Assembly (NCBI GenBank): GCA_001661245.1
Contig: KV454012.1
Location: 1,322,848-1,362,786 of the forward strand
Direction: 5' to 3'
Source: Pachysolen tannophilus NRRL Y-2460
Taxonomy: Eukaryota
Length of the DNA: 39,939 bases
The translations under genes were made by a program, and so were the position numbers. The notes under the pieces are model-generated. The model saw only the letters and a program-made list of their open reading frames with translations. It did no database searches and was not told the origin of the DNA. Numbering within the stretch: position 1 is the first letter of the stretch; each line of letters begins with the position of its first letter. Shown here in pieces: positions 10,820-22,174 of the stretch.

Positions 10820-12028
10820 ATGTCCCATTTTTTAAAGCCCTCTCATGATTACCCGTATAAGCTTAACGATTCATCCTCTGGAATTAGGAAGATTCTTCAT
10901 AATAAAAAATTTAAGTTGATTACATTTATAATAGCTGTTTTTTATATTCTGAGTTCTTTAATTGCACATCACAGGAATTTTTCATTAAAGGAATTAAACG
11001 CCAAATCGATTAAGGCTAAAACTGAATTAGAGAAACATACAAATTTTAAAAAAATTGGTTCAAATTTGATTGGTATACATAAATTACCTCCCGATACAAC
11101 TTTAAGAGAAAAGTTAACTTTCCATTTCCCCTATGAACCAGAGAAGTCAATTCCTAAAAAAATATGGCAAACTTGGAAAGTAGAAGAAGATGATGAAACG
11201 TTTCCTAAAAATTTTAGAGCATTTGTTAATTCTTGGAAAACGAAAAATCCAACTTTTAACCTGATGGTGATACCAGATTCACTGTGTGATGAATTAATTA
11301 AACATTTATATGAAACTGTTCCAGAAGTATTGAAAGCTTATCAATTAATGCCAAAGAAAATTTTAAAAGCTGATTTTTTTAGGTATTTAATATTATATGC
11401 AAGAGGAGGAACTTATTCCGATATCGATACTGTTAGTTTGAAACCAGTTTCTACTTGGTTAACTTTTAATGAAACGATTGAAGGTGTTACAAATAATCCA
11501 GGGTTAGTTGTTGGTATTGAAGCTGATCCTGATAGACCAGATTGGGCTGAATGGTATGCAAGAAGAATTCAATTTTGTCAATGGACAATACAGGCAAAAG
11601 CAGGACATCCAATGTTAAGAGAATTAATACTGAAAATAACTGAAATCACACATTCAAAGTTGGAAAGGGGAATGTTGAATAAGATTGAAGGAAAAGATGC
11701 TGGTGGTGATATAATGAATTGGACAGGACCGGGTATATTCACCGATACTGTCTTTGAATATTTGAACAATATATACAGTAACGGTATCGCAACTGTTGAG
11801 CCTCAAATAGATTGGAAATATTTTACAGGAATGAAGATTCCTAAAATCGTAGATGATGTGTTGGTTTTCCCAATTACATGTTTTTCTCCGGGAGTTGGTC
11901 AAATGGGATCAAAATCAATTTCAGATGAATTGGCATACGTTAGACATATGTTTGAAGGAAGCTGGAAACCAGAAGACGAACGAAACATTGGTAAGAAGAA
12001 GACAAAGAAAGAGAAAAAGAAAAATTAA
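10820..12028 (+). CDS. OCH1: Golgi initiating alpha-1,6-mannosyltransferase (GT32)
   Basis: First ATG is at 10820; the ORF-track start at 10715 is a TTG within T-rich sequence. Type II membrane anchor, IPKKIWQTWK, KADFFRYLILYARGGTYSDID (DxD) and GIEADPDRPDWAEWYARRIQFCQWTIQAK. Confidence 0.93.
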   Translation: MSHFLKPSHDYPYKLNDSSSGIRKILHNKKFKLITFIIAVFYILSSLIAHHRNFSLKELNAKSIKAKTELEKHTNFKKIGSNLIGIHKLPPDTTLREKLTFHFPYEPEKSIPKKIWQTWKVEEDDETFPKNFRAFVNSWKTKNPTFNLMVIPDSLCDELIKHLYETVPEVLKAYQLMPKKILKADFFRYLILYARGGTYSDIDTVSLKPVSTWLTFNETIEGVTNNPGLVVGIEADPDRPDWAEWYARRIQFCQWTIQAKAGHPMLRELILKITEITHSKLERGMLNKIEGKDAGGDIMNWTGPGIFTDTVFEYLNNIYSNGIATVEPQIDWKYFTGMKIPKIVDDVLVFPITCFSPGVGQMGSKSISDELAYVRHMFEGSWKPEDERNIGKKKTKKEKKKN

Positions 12029-12445
12029 CTTGAACTAAAATTTGTTTTCATATACCCTATGTTTTGTATTTTTTTATGTTTTTTATTTTTTTTTTTTTTT
12101 TTTATTATTATTTTTATTATTTAACATTACATTTTTCACTTTTTAGAAAAGTATTGTCATCTTCAAAAGTTCAATAAAATTTAGAAATTCTAGTTTTGAA
12201 TTTGATTTGTGAGCTTTTCTTTTAATTCAATTATGATATTAATATTATCATTGAATTTATTAACATACATATATAATACAAAATCAAAGATCATTATTTT
12301 CATTTGTAATGAATTAAGATCCAAAGATAAACTTCAAAAAGAATCTAAATAAGATGAAAAACAAAGTAAATAAAACAATTTTGATAAAAAGATGCTTCGA
12401 CACCTGAACGCCATGCAAACTTAAAAAAAAAAAGAAATAAACAAA

Positions 12446-14596
12446 TCACAAATGTATAGTTAGCAAATCATTGACAGAAAATTGCTTATTACAGGAAGGA
12501 CATCTTCTTAATCTGGCAGCTAATCTTTCATGAGCACATTCATTACAAAATACGTGTCCACAAACTTTGATTGCAGTGTTTTTCCAATTCTTGGAACATA
12601 CAGGACATTTAGCAATTTTTCTAAATATTTCAATATTTTTCTCTTCTTCTTCAAGCATAAATTTGTTTGCATTTGCAGATTTATATTTATCTAATAATGT
12701 TTCTATTGATTTATATCTAGATTGCAACTTCACCAATTCACTTTCTTTCTGTTTTCTCAAATTCAATTCTAGCTCTTGTTTTGATAATGAAGATGTTGAT
12801 GTTGCAACCAATTTTTCATTGTTTCTTTTCAATAATTCATAAGAATTTGATAACTCCCTTAAGCTTTTCTTTAATTCTCTGTTTTCATTAGATAAATTGT
12901 TTTCTAAATATTTTAAATCTTTTAAATTTGATTCCAAAGTTTCACATTTAAGCAAATAATTTTTTTCAACTTCTTTCAAAGTTCCAATCAATTCTGACTG
13001 TTTATTTAGAGTTGATTTCAATGCCTTATTTTCTTGCGATAAAGAATCCTTTACTCTCATAGCTGAAAAATATTTTTGATCTGCTTTATTTTTTTCTACT
13101 GTCAATTTACTAATTACAGAATCCGAATCAGCATATTGCCCTAATTTTTTAACGGATATGTCATGAACATTTTTAAAAGCATTTTCCAATTCTTTTAATT
13201 CGTTTAGAAGAGCCAGGTTCTGTTTTAATAATGATTCTCTATCTGCATTTTGATCAACTTCTGAAAATTCTTTTACGGTTACTCCAGATTCTAAATTTTC
13301 AATTTTCTTTTTCTGAACATCGATTAAAGATTTAAATTCTTCTATTAATTCTTGGTTTGGTTGAGCTGATTTCAATATTGTGTTTTTAGAAATCAAATCA
13401 TCCCTTGCAGTTCTTATTCTAACCAAATCCTGCTCCGATTTTTTCAAATTTTTCCTCAACTCTTCGTATTCTTTTTTTAGTAATTCTTCCACAGAATTTC
13501 TAAATTTACTTCTTTCAGTTTCTAAATCACTGATTCTCGCAAAAAGTTGTTTATCTTTTAGTTTATAATCATCAAGCTCTTCTTTTAAAATATCCTTTGA
13601 TTTTAACAGATTTTGGAAAGGAATACAATTATGTAAATCCACTTCAGTTAAATTTTGTAATTTTAACGATGCTTCCATTGAATCTTTTTTCAACTTTGCT
13701 GAAAGTGATAATTCCTCATTTAATTTCCGTGTTAAATCTTGATTTAAAGCTTTTAATTCTTCAAATTCAACTGTTAATTTTTCTAATTCTTCTTTATTAA
13801 CTAAATCATCCGTATTTTCCTTTTTTAAATCTGGTGTACTTGATTCAATTTTCACCTGCTGAGAAGTAGCATCTTTACCATTTATGCGATCTGAATCGTG
13901 ACTTAGTTCTTTATCATCATCGTTATTAATTTCACTTATTCTTTTCAAAGTTTTAGAATTTGCTCTTTCAGATTCTTTTGTTAAAAGATAAATTTCATCT
14001 TGAAAATTTCTTAAATTTTCTTCCAATAAATTTTTTGACCTTACAAGTGTATCATTTTCGGACTTTATTTCCATCAACTGATAATTCAAATCTTGTACTT
14101 TTGCATTCAAATCATCAGAATCAATATTAGCTGTAGCTGAAGTTGTTGTTGAATTTGAGCCATTATTTCCAATATCGTAGCGGCTCAAAAATTCCAACAA
14201 AGCATCCCGTCTTTTTTGTAATAATTCAAGCAATTCATCTCCATCATCTTCAGGAAGTCTAACCAATAATTTTTGATTTAATGCCGTTGTTGGTGATTCA
14301 TTGGAGCTAGATACTTTATTATTCAAATCATCTATAATTTGTTTATACCAACCATCCAAAACTGAAATTTTTTTTTGATTCAGCATGAATCTTGTCTTAT
14401 AATTTGTAAGTTCCATACTTAATAATTTACATTCTTTCTTATATTTTTTCATTTGCCTAAAAATCGCCTCCTTTTGAAAATAAACTACATCTTCTTGAGT
14501 TAATGGACCATCTTCACTAAGCGTATCCAACACACGTCTCTTGGAAATACCATTCAATTCCTCCCCAGCGGATCTCTTCTTCTCGTCATCAGTCAT
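12446..14596 (-). CDS. BRE1: E3 ubiquitin ligase for histone H2B
   Basis: N-terminal PLTQEDVVYFQKEAIFRQM, a long coiled coil, KNKADQKYFSAMR, and a C-terminal C3HC4 RING (CPVC...CGHVFCNEC...CPSC). Confidence 0.95.
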   Translation of the reverse strand: MTDDEKKRSAGEELNGISKRRVLDTLSEDGPLTQEDVVYFQKEAIFRQMKKYKKECKLLSMELTNYKTRFMLNQKKISVLDGWYKQIIDDLNNKVSSSNESPTTALNQKLLVRLPEDDGDELLELLQKRRDALLEFLSRYDIGNNGSNSTTTSATANIDSDDLNAKVQDLNYQLMEIKSENDTLVRSKNLLEENLRNFQDEIYLLTKESERANSKTLKRISEINNDDDKELSHDSDRINGKDATSQQVKIESSTPDLKKENTDDLVNKEELEKLTVEFEELKALNQDLTRKLNEELSLSAKLKKDSMEASLKLQNLTEVDLHNCIPFQNLLKSKDILKEELDDYKLKDKQLFARISDLETERSKFRNSVEELLKKEYEELRKNLKKSEQDLVRIRTARDDLISKNTILKSAQPNQELIEEFKSLIDVQKKKIENLESGVTVKEFSEVDQNADRESLLKQNLALLNELKELENAFKNVHDISVKKLGQYADSDSVISKLTVEKNKADQKYFSAMRVKDSLSQENKALKSTLNKQSELIGTLKEVEKNYLLKCETLESNLKDLKYLENNLSNENRELKKSLRELSNSYELLKRNNEKLVATSTSSLSKQELELNLRKQKESELVKLQSRYKSIETLLDKYKSANANKFMLEEEEKNIEIFRKIAKCPVCSKNWKNTAIKVCGHVFCNECAHERLAARLRRCPSCNKQFSVNDLLTIHL

Positions 14597-14794
14597 ATTT
14601 TCAAGTTAAGCGCCGTTCACTTATGTATTTAATTTGAAATTTTTTAAATGATTTACCCTTAAACCAATACAAAACTGATTTATCAATTGCAAAAAGTTAG
14701 CAAATCTGATAAACCAAACCAAATCAAACAACAAAACAGAGGAAAAAAAAAATACAACAACAAAAAGAAAACACACAAAAAAAAAAANAAAAAN

Positions 14795-14902
14795 ANNNNN
14801 NNNNNNNNNNNNNNNNNNNNNNNNNNNNNNNNNNNNNNNNNNNNNNNNNNNNNNNNNNNNNNNNNNNNNNNNNNNNNNNNNNNNNNNNNNNNNNNNNNNN
14901 NN
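14795..14902. other. Assembly gap, probably false (overlapping contig ends)
   Basis: N run sitting between two near-identical ~400-bp copies. Confidence 0.95.
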
Positions 14903-15300
14903 AGCATGAATCTTGTCTTATAATTTGTAAGTTCCATACTTAATAATTTACATTCTTTCTTATATTTTTCATTTGCCTAAAAATCGCCTCCTTTTGAAAA
15001 TAAACTACATCTTCTTGAGTTAATGGACCATCTTCACTAAGCGTATCCAACACACGTCTCTTGGAAATACCATTCAATTCCTCCCCAGCGGATCTCTTCT
15101 TCTCGTCATCAGTCATATTTTCAAGTTAAGCGCCGTTCACTTATGTATTTAATTTGAAATTTTTTAAATGATTTACCCTTAAACCAATACAAAACTGATT
15201 TATCAATTGCAAAAAGTTAGCAAATCTGATAAACCAAACCAAATCAAACAACAAAACAGAGGAAAAAAAAATAACAACAACAAAAAGAAAACAACACAAA
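14903..15300 (+). repeat. Direct duplicate of 14382-~14780 (BRE1 5' end and upstream), likely assembly artefact
   Basis: Identical at offset 521/520 except for homopolymer-length differences, such as T6 versus T5 near 14445/14965, and the ragged end next to the gap. Confidence 0.9.
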
Positions 15301-16003
15301 CACTCCTAGTCTTTACTATTTAGCTATATTTTAAGCCAATATAAACAAATATTTAACTATATTATAACGATAATTAAAATACAAATATTTTTATTTAAAA
15401 TATAATATATATGGGAAACCGTTGTTTTCAATTTTTTTTTTTTTTTTTTTTATTTTTTTCGTTTTTTTCCATTTCCATTTATGAATGACAGAATTTTTTT
15501 TTTAAACAAAGTGACGTGTCAATAAGTTTTTCAGGAATTTGGTAACATGAAACACTACTTTTTGAGGTTTTTTGTTTATTTAGTAAATTTATTAAAGTAT
15601 CAAATCCCAGTACAAGGAAATAGAAGTAAAAGTTGAAGTAGAAGTCGTAATCTAATTGATGTATTAAATGTTTAATTATTAAGTATTAAAAATGTAACGA
15701 CATTAGTAATGGAAAACGTGATAAACCTAACCGTGAAATTAAATCACTTATGATAAATGGAACTAAAAAAAAAAATAAAAAAAACTAAATAAATAAATTA
15801 TAAAAAAAAATATAAGATTCCCCCCAAAATTGCGTAATATTAATTAATTAAAAGATAAAAAAAAGAACTCCTGAAATAGTGTGTAATAGAAAATCAAAAA
15901 ATGACAACAGTTTAGATGAAAACAATGAAGTAGTAATGAAACAATAATAATAAAAAAAAATGTTTTAAAGAAAAAAAGAAAGAAAAAAAAAAATTTAATT
16001 GAT

Positions 16004-19000
16004 TTAATAAGCATTGACCACTTTATTTGGTGACTCAAAAGTTAACAAAGGAATGATTTTTGATAATGAGCCAACTCTATCAGGACTATCTTGTAATTGA
16101 TTCTCAACAAAACCTTCAAATTCTTCCACGATTAGATTCCACTCATTAAGGGATTTACCAAGTAATCCCCAATTTCTTAAATTATCAAATTTATTTTCAC
16201 TATCGTAAAAAGTTAATCTTGAAGTTGTTGGATTTCTCTTTATATATATAAATTCATCCGAATCATCATCACATTCATCTTCATCGTGATCTGAGCTTAT
16301 ATCTGAATCAATAAATCCAAGACGGTGTTGGGCAGTTAATGAAGATCCATTAAATGTAAAACGTGGTAATCTTGGGAATTCTGGGAAATGATTAGCAGTA
16401 TCTTTAAAAAATTTAATCCTTCTGTTATTTACCATTGATAATCTAGATTGTATTGAATCTTCAGTGAATACCAATTGAAATTTGAACAAAGGCCTTTCTA
16501 AATCAGGTGCTCTTTTATCCAATTCTGGAGGAGGAGGAGTAGACCATATAGCCAGCAGTTGTTCGTCAACATCTTCCATCTTCTTTGAATCTAATGAATC
16601 TAAATCTGATAAAGTAATCAACTCATTTATAGAAGTAGATGACGATGGTGGTGAATTGCTCAAAGATACAACACTTGGACTTGAAGATCTTGAAGATATA
16701 GACAATAAGGAAAAAGATTTTGATAAATTTGATGGAGGTGTTAAACAATTGACATTTAATTTAACCAGTGATAATACATTTTGGGTTGGTTGGCGGGGTG
16801 TTTCCTCAGTTGATTCCTCTGGTAAAATCAATTTAGGTTTGATAATAACAGGAACTTTAACTAACTCACTATCATCAGTAGTTTCATCTTCTCCGGATTT
16901 ATTTTCCCTTTCCGGTGATGACGTTGAAGATTTTGTCGGACTACCTTCGGAATATTTATTACCATTACCATTACCATTACCCTCAGCACTCTTCGATGGG
17001 GTTTTCTTAAAAAACTTTAATGCTGATTCAATACCATTAACCAAAGTAGAAGCTGAACCATTTTTCTTTGTTAATTTCGTGGAACCTAACGATTTTTCAA
17101 CTATCGTAGATGAACTATAAATGGCATCATCAAAGATTTCAAATGAATGGATCTTACGAATTTGACCATTTCTATCACTAGAAATCACTGTTAATGGACT
17201 CATGACATCAATTGATGGCGCCATTAAGCTTTTGATATCCAGACATGATGAGTTATTACTATTATCAGTATTAAGTTGAGTTGAAACAATGATCATCTTT
17301 CTATTAACTAATGGCGATGATGAAGTCATATCTGGTAATTTGAAATATCCTTCCTCAGAATCAGTAACTAATTTACCAAGACATTCGTAAGATAACATTA
17401 ATCTGCTTTCTATCATTCTTCTGATATTATCTTGCTCAGAAACTGTACTATCAACAATTTCATCAAGGGCAAAACCGTTTAACCTCCAACAAACCAATCT
17501 TTGAAAATAACATCTAACTAGAGGTTGCCAATGACAAAAATACCTTTTCCAAACAGGAATAGATAAAAGCCAACAACTTATATTAAATCTAATACTTTCC
17601 TGTGGGTTTATAAACCATTTAGGTACTTCGCTTGATGATGTTGGAAATGGATAATTTGGAATAAGATCCCAAATATTAAAGATCATTGATAACGCTTTTA
17701 ATTCTGAATTAATATTTTCAGTAGTAAGCATATTTTGAACTGCGGATAACCAAAAATTCCAATCTATAGAAAGCATTAAAGTAACAGGTGATTTATATTC
17801 ATTTCTTTGACCAACATTAATCATAAATTCATAAGATATATCAAGAATAAATCCAGCAATATCATAATCATATGCACTTACATGCAATGCATAACATTGT
17901 AAGATTTGATCAAATAATTTTACTATTGTTGGAGCCAAAAGTACTTCATTCTCATCGTATGCATTATGTAAATAATCTCTAATAGTTTTAAAAATTTTAT
18001 TAATTGCAACTGGTAAGACTCCTTGAGATACTCCATTTTGAATATTACCATTATTACTATTTGATAAGAAACTTATATTATAATCTTTTTCCTTTTGTTG
18101 ATTTTTAATTTTTCTTTGAGAAGCACAATGATGAATTAATTCATAGAAATGATTTAAAATAATAAGAAAACCTGGAGAAGCAACAACAACATTCCAAGGT
18201 AAATGATTTAATTCAGTACTATTTGAACAATTTAAAACTATGAATTCTGAAAGAATATGCAAATAATGTCTCAAGAAAGAACAAAAAATATCACTATCAA
18301 ATGAACTCCATCTTTTAACCCATAATCCTCTAGGATCAGAAATTCCTGGTACAGGATGAGTTGGTGGGAAACAAGCATTTATATATTTTTTTTCAGATCT
18401 TGGTACATTTGACCTTCCACCATATCCAGCCAATGATTTAACTTCTTGTGGGAAAAAATGAACCATTTTAGAGCCAGATTCTTTTAATTTTTTACAAGAA
18501 TCAACATATCTTGGATTTTTGTAAAGATTATTTACCAAATTTTCAAGGGTAAATTGTTTGACACCTAATAAAAATAATAATGCATTTGCAACACCTGGTA
18601 AATGGAAAAAAGAATACGCAAAGACTTTACCTATAAAAGCTGATAATGATAATGATACTGATTTCAAATCTAATTTTTTAATACTATAATCCAAGGTTTC
18701 AGTTAACAAGTTTTTATATTGGGCATTATTTGGAACTAAATTCCATTCTTTCATTGATAAAATTCTTGAAATACATTCTAAATAAACAGCTCTATCTGAA
18801 GAAGAAATTGGATGAGTTTTTTCACGTAGGGAAGCCAATAAACTTTTCCACCAATGAGTCAAAATTTGAATACATGTAATAATCACAGATTTTGAATTCG
18901 GAAAATTTAAATGAACGTTATTATTATGAGTTCTTAAAAATGGAAGTAATGTTATTCTAAGAATATTTGTTTTCATTAAACAATTATGTTTACTATTAAA

Positions 19001-19528
19001 TTTGATTAAAGATTGATCTAATTTTTTGTATCCTTTTAAAATTTTTTTTGTATGGTCGTTTAATTTCGGAGAATGAGAATTCCCGGAATTTTTAATACCT
19101 GTCTTTGTTGTTATTGTTGATGATGTTGTTGTTGTGGTTGTAGTTGTTGTTGCTGGCAGCAGCAGCAGCAGCAGTTTTTCCTTTTTTAATTTATCCAAAG
19201 AAGAAGTAGAACAAGAAGATAATTGTTGTTGTTGTTTTTTTTTTGTCTCCTTTATACAAGTGCTTGAATCTTTTTCTGATATTATTTCGGGAGTTGATGA
19301 AAAATTTTTATGATTCAAATGCAAATTGGATATGATTGCCGAAGATTTTTTCATTAAAAAAGATGAGGATGAAGACACTGATGCTGATGCTGATGACGAT
19401 GACGGAGATGGCGATGAAGATGAAGACGAAGACGAAGAAAAAGTCTTGGCTTTCAAAGCCAACGTTCCAGCAAGTTGTGATGTCGACAATGATGATAAGG
19501 GCTCATGCTTCCCATTTGCACCCATCAT
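16004..19528 (-). CDS. AHK1: DUF1765/UPF0592 family protein, Ahk1 (Ydl073w)-like scaffold
   Basis: First ATG is at 19528. Motifs KTNILRITLLPFLR, GKVFAYSFFHLPGVA, IDWNFWL and FCHWQPLVRCYFQRLVCWR resemble DUF1765 as I recall it. It lies next to BRE1, as YDL073W lies next to YDL074C. Confidence 0.7.
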   Translation of the reverse strand: MMGANGKHEPLSSLSTSQLAGTLALKAKTFSSSSSSSSSPSPSSSSASASVSSSSSFLMKKSSAIISNLHLNHKNFSSTPEIISEKDSSTCIKETKKKQQQQLSSCSTSSLDKLKKEKLLLLLLPATTTTTTTTTSSTITTKTGIKNSGNSHSPKLNDHTKKILKGYKKLDQSLIKFNSKHNCLMKTNILRITLLPFLRTHNNNVHLNFPNSKSVIITCIQILTHWWKSLLASLREKTHPISSSDRAVYLECISRILSMKEWNLVPNNAQYKNLLTETLDYSIKKLDLKSVSLSLSAFIGKVFAYSFFHLPGVANALLFLLGVKQFTLENLVNNLYKNPRYVDSCKKLKESGSKMVHFFPQEVKSLAGYGGRSNVPRSEKKYINACFPPTHPVPGISDPRGLWVKRWSSFDSDIFCSFLRHYLHILSEFIVLNCSNSTELNHLPWNVVVASPGFLIILNHFYELIHHCASQRKIKNQQKEKDYNISFLSNSNNGNIQNGVSQGVLPVAINKIFKTIRDYLHNAYDENEVLLAPTIVKLFDQILQCYALHVSAYDYDIAGFILDISYEFMINVGQRNEYKSPVTLMLSIDWNFWLSAVQNMLTTENINSELKALSMIFNIWDLIPNYPFPTSSSEVPKWFINPQESIRFNISCWLLSIPVWKRYFCHWQPLVRCYFQRLVCWRLNGFALDEIVDSTVSEQDNIRRMIESRLMLSYECLGKLVTDSEEGYFKLPDMTSSSPLVNRKMIIVSTQLNTDNSNNSSCLDIKSLMAPSIDVMSPLTVISSDRNGQIRKIHSFEIFDDAIYSSSTIVEKSLGSTKLTKKNGSASTLVNGIESALKFFKKTPSKSAEGNGNGNGNKYSEGSPTKSSTSSPERENKSGEDETTDDSELVKVPVIIKPKLILPEESTEETPRQPTQNVLSLVKLNVNCLTPPSNLSKSFSLLSISSRSSSPSVVSLSNSPPSSSTSINELITLSDLDSLDSKKMEDVDEQLLAIWSTPPPPELDKRAPDLERPLFKFQLVFTEDSIQSRLSMVNNRRIKFFKDTANHFPEFPRLPRFTFNGSSLTAQHRLGFIDSDISSDHDEDECDDDSDEFIYIKRNPTTSRLTFYDSENKFDNLRNWGLLGKSLNEWNLIVEEFEGFVENQLQDSPDRVGSLSKIIPLLTFESPNKVVNAY

Positions 19529-20185
19529 ATGGATATATATATATATATATAAATATATATATATAATATCCAATCTATGATATTATATTTTTGTTTTTTT
19601 AAAGAAAAAAAAAGAGAGAAAAAAAAAAAGAAAGGGTTCAAATTTAAATCCTTTGTAGTAGTAATATTACGAGAAACTCAATTGATTATTTTCTCGTAAA
19701 ATCAAATGCACTTCCACGCACCGAAGATAATATTTTTCTTTTGGAAAAAAAAAAAATACAAAATTGAAACACGCAATTCAACTTAAATTAAATAGCAGAA
19801 TCCAGAGCAAAAAAAAAAGTTTTTAAAAATAAAATAAACAAAAACAAAAAAAAAAATTAAATGATTAAATGATTAAATGATTAAATGATAATGATACAAG
19901 TAACAAACAAATAACAGAATTAAAAAAAAAAAAAAAATTTATCTTTTTTTTTATTATTTATTTTGTTTCGTTTCCTTTGAGGAAATATATCTAGTTAAAT
20001 GTGGATTATCGATAAAGGGAGTGAAATGAAAAATTGAGAGAATAAATAGAAACAAATAACCAAAAACGAATGCTTAATTTTTATTTTATTTTTCTTTTTT
20101 TTTTTTTTCTTTTCAAATTGGAAAACACTCCCTAAAGAGAGTAAGTATATTTTAAATATACCAAAAAAAAAAAAANAAAAAATAA

Positions 20186-20563
20186 NNNNNNNNNNNNNNN
20201 NNNNNNNNNNNNNNNNNNNNNNNNNNNNNNNNNNNNNNNNNNNNNNNNNNNNNNNNNNNNNNNNNNNNNNNNNNNNNNNNNNNNNNNNNNNNNNNNNNNN
20301 NNNNNNNNNNNNNNNNNNNNNNNNNNNNNNNNNNNNNNNNNNNNNNNNNNNNNNNNNNNNNNNNNNNNNNNNNNNNNNNNNNNNNNNNNNNNNNNNNNNN
20401 NNNNNNNNNNNNNNNNNNNNNNNNNNNNNNNNNNNNNNNNNNNNNNNNNNNNNNNNNNNNNNNNNNNNNNNNNNNNNNNNNNNNNNNNNNNNNNNNNNNN
20501 NNNNNNNNNNNNNNNNNNNNNNNNNNNNNNNNNNNNNNNNNNNNNNNNNNNNNNNNNNNNNNN
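20186..20563. other. Assembly gap flanked by poly(A)
   Basis: N run bordered by A-rich homopolymers. Confidence 0.99.
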
Positions 20564-21274
20564 AAAAAACCAAAAAAAAAAAAAAAAAAAAAATAATAAT
20601 AATAAAAGCGAATGAATTAGTTTAACAGCGGTAAATCAATTTTCTTTAGCAAGACGATATAAGCTCTTTAATTTATTTTTGGATTTTTATTTTTAATTTT
20701 TATTTTCTCTCCCTTAGTCTTTAAACTATATTAATAAATAAATAAAAGATTATATATAAAATATATAAAAACCTTGAATTAAGCGCCCATGCGAGAAATA
20801 ATTCATTTCATAATACGAAATTAAAAGAGAAAGTATAGATTCTATAAATATAAAGTAAAATTGCTTAAAAAAAAAATCACTTTTTATTTATTTATTTTTT
20901 TTTTTTTTTGTGTGTATTTTTCATAGAAAGTTAAATTTTTTTTTTTTTTTTATATTTTCTGTTAAAAATGTTACATATATACTGTAAAATGTCTACGTAA
21001 TTTTATGTAATTTATGTAATTTATGTATGTATAAATTGTATAAATGGGGGAAACCTTATATAGTATTATAAACTTTTTAAAAGCTTAAAAAACTAAGCAT
21101 TAAAAAAACGAAATTTCCTCATTTGGAATGATAGTTTGTTTGTAAAAAGTAATTTTTTTTTTTTTTAAAACAAAAAAAAAATTTAAAATTTTAGAAACCT
21201 CGGTTACACAGCGGGAATTTAATTTTAATTTTTTTTTTAAAACAAAAAAACACATAAAAAAGAAAAACGTATAT

Positions 21275-21397
21275 TTAGAAACATTCTTTAATAATTTTAG
21301 AATTTGAAACTATAATACTCCATAATAAAAATTTTCCACAAGTAACACAATTACCGCATATAGGAATTAAATTTTTAAATTCCTTTTTATGGTTTAA

Positions 21398-21434
<37 letters not shown>

Positions 21435-22174
21435 GTTTTTAAAAAAAAAAGTGCTAAACATTTTAAATGACATATGCTTTCACAATTTTCATGATAACAT
21501 ATATTAATTAATAAATTCAGATTAATATCTAGATGTTGTATACAAATCTGGCATATTAATTTAGTATTAATTGATAAAGATGAAAAGATTTTTTCAATTT
21601 TTTCAATATAAAAATTTTTATTATCATTATAAGATTTAAAAAATTCTTTTAATTGATTATAATTACCTCCTTTGATAAATTCTTGAGAATTTTCAGAATC
21701 TTGAAAATTTTGAAAATTAGAATTTATCATTATATTATCTTTTATATTTATACAAGCCTTGTTTAAACACCAATTTTCATAAATTTTCTTATCAAATAAA
21801 AATAATTTTAAGCTCATTTTTAAAAAAAAATTTGAGTTTAATAATAATTTTAAATTTCCTAATCTATTATGTATACTATAATGAGTTTGTTTATTTTTCG
21901 AAATTTTTAAATCTTTAGAAATATGACGTGTTTGATATGGATGTTGCCAAGCATGTTCAAACATTAAAGCACTGATTTTCGATGGGAACCCATAAATAAT
22001 CAATACTATTTTCCAAGGTCGAAACCCTTTTTTACTTGTTTTAAATGCACCACCTTGTTTAAGATCTCCATTATGTTGTCTTAATCTTCTTATTGGATCA
22101 GGTGTAGAACCAATATAAAAAGATTTTGGTTTTTCAATTGATTGTAATAAATAACAACAATAAAAATTATTCAT
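21275..22174 (-). CDS. SLX1: Structure-specific endonuclease catalytic subunit (GIY-YIG plus C-terminal RING/PHD-type zinc finger)
   Basis: FYCCYLLQS...[19 protein letters not shown]...GGA...RPW...[18 protein letters not shown], then C-terminal CxxC...C...C...HxxC...CxxC. Confidence 0.95.

Noticed and set aside
14903..15116. BRE1 pseudogene fragment
   Set aside because: No substitutions, only a homopolymer difference, and it abuts a gap. Better explained as assembly overlap.
16482..17120. 212-aa antisense ORF, and similar acidic antisense ORFs at 7372, 19326, 30007 and 35519
   Set aside because: Mirror images of Ser-rich or acidic sense-strand codons. No domain signatures.
20564..21274. Possible ncRNA in the spacer after the third gap
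   Set aside because: No recognisable snRNA, snoRNA, RNase P/MRP or tRNA motifs by eye. An Infernal/Rfam scan would be needed.
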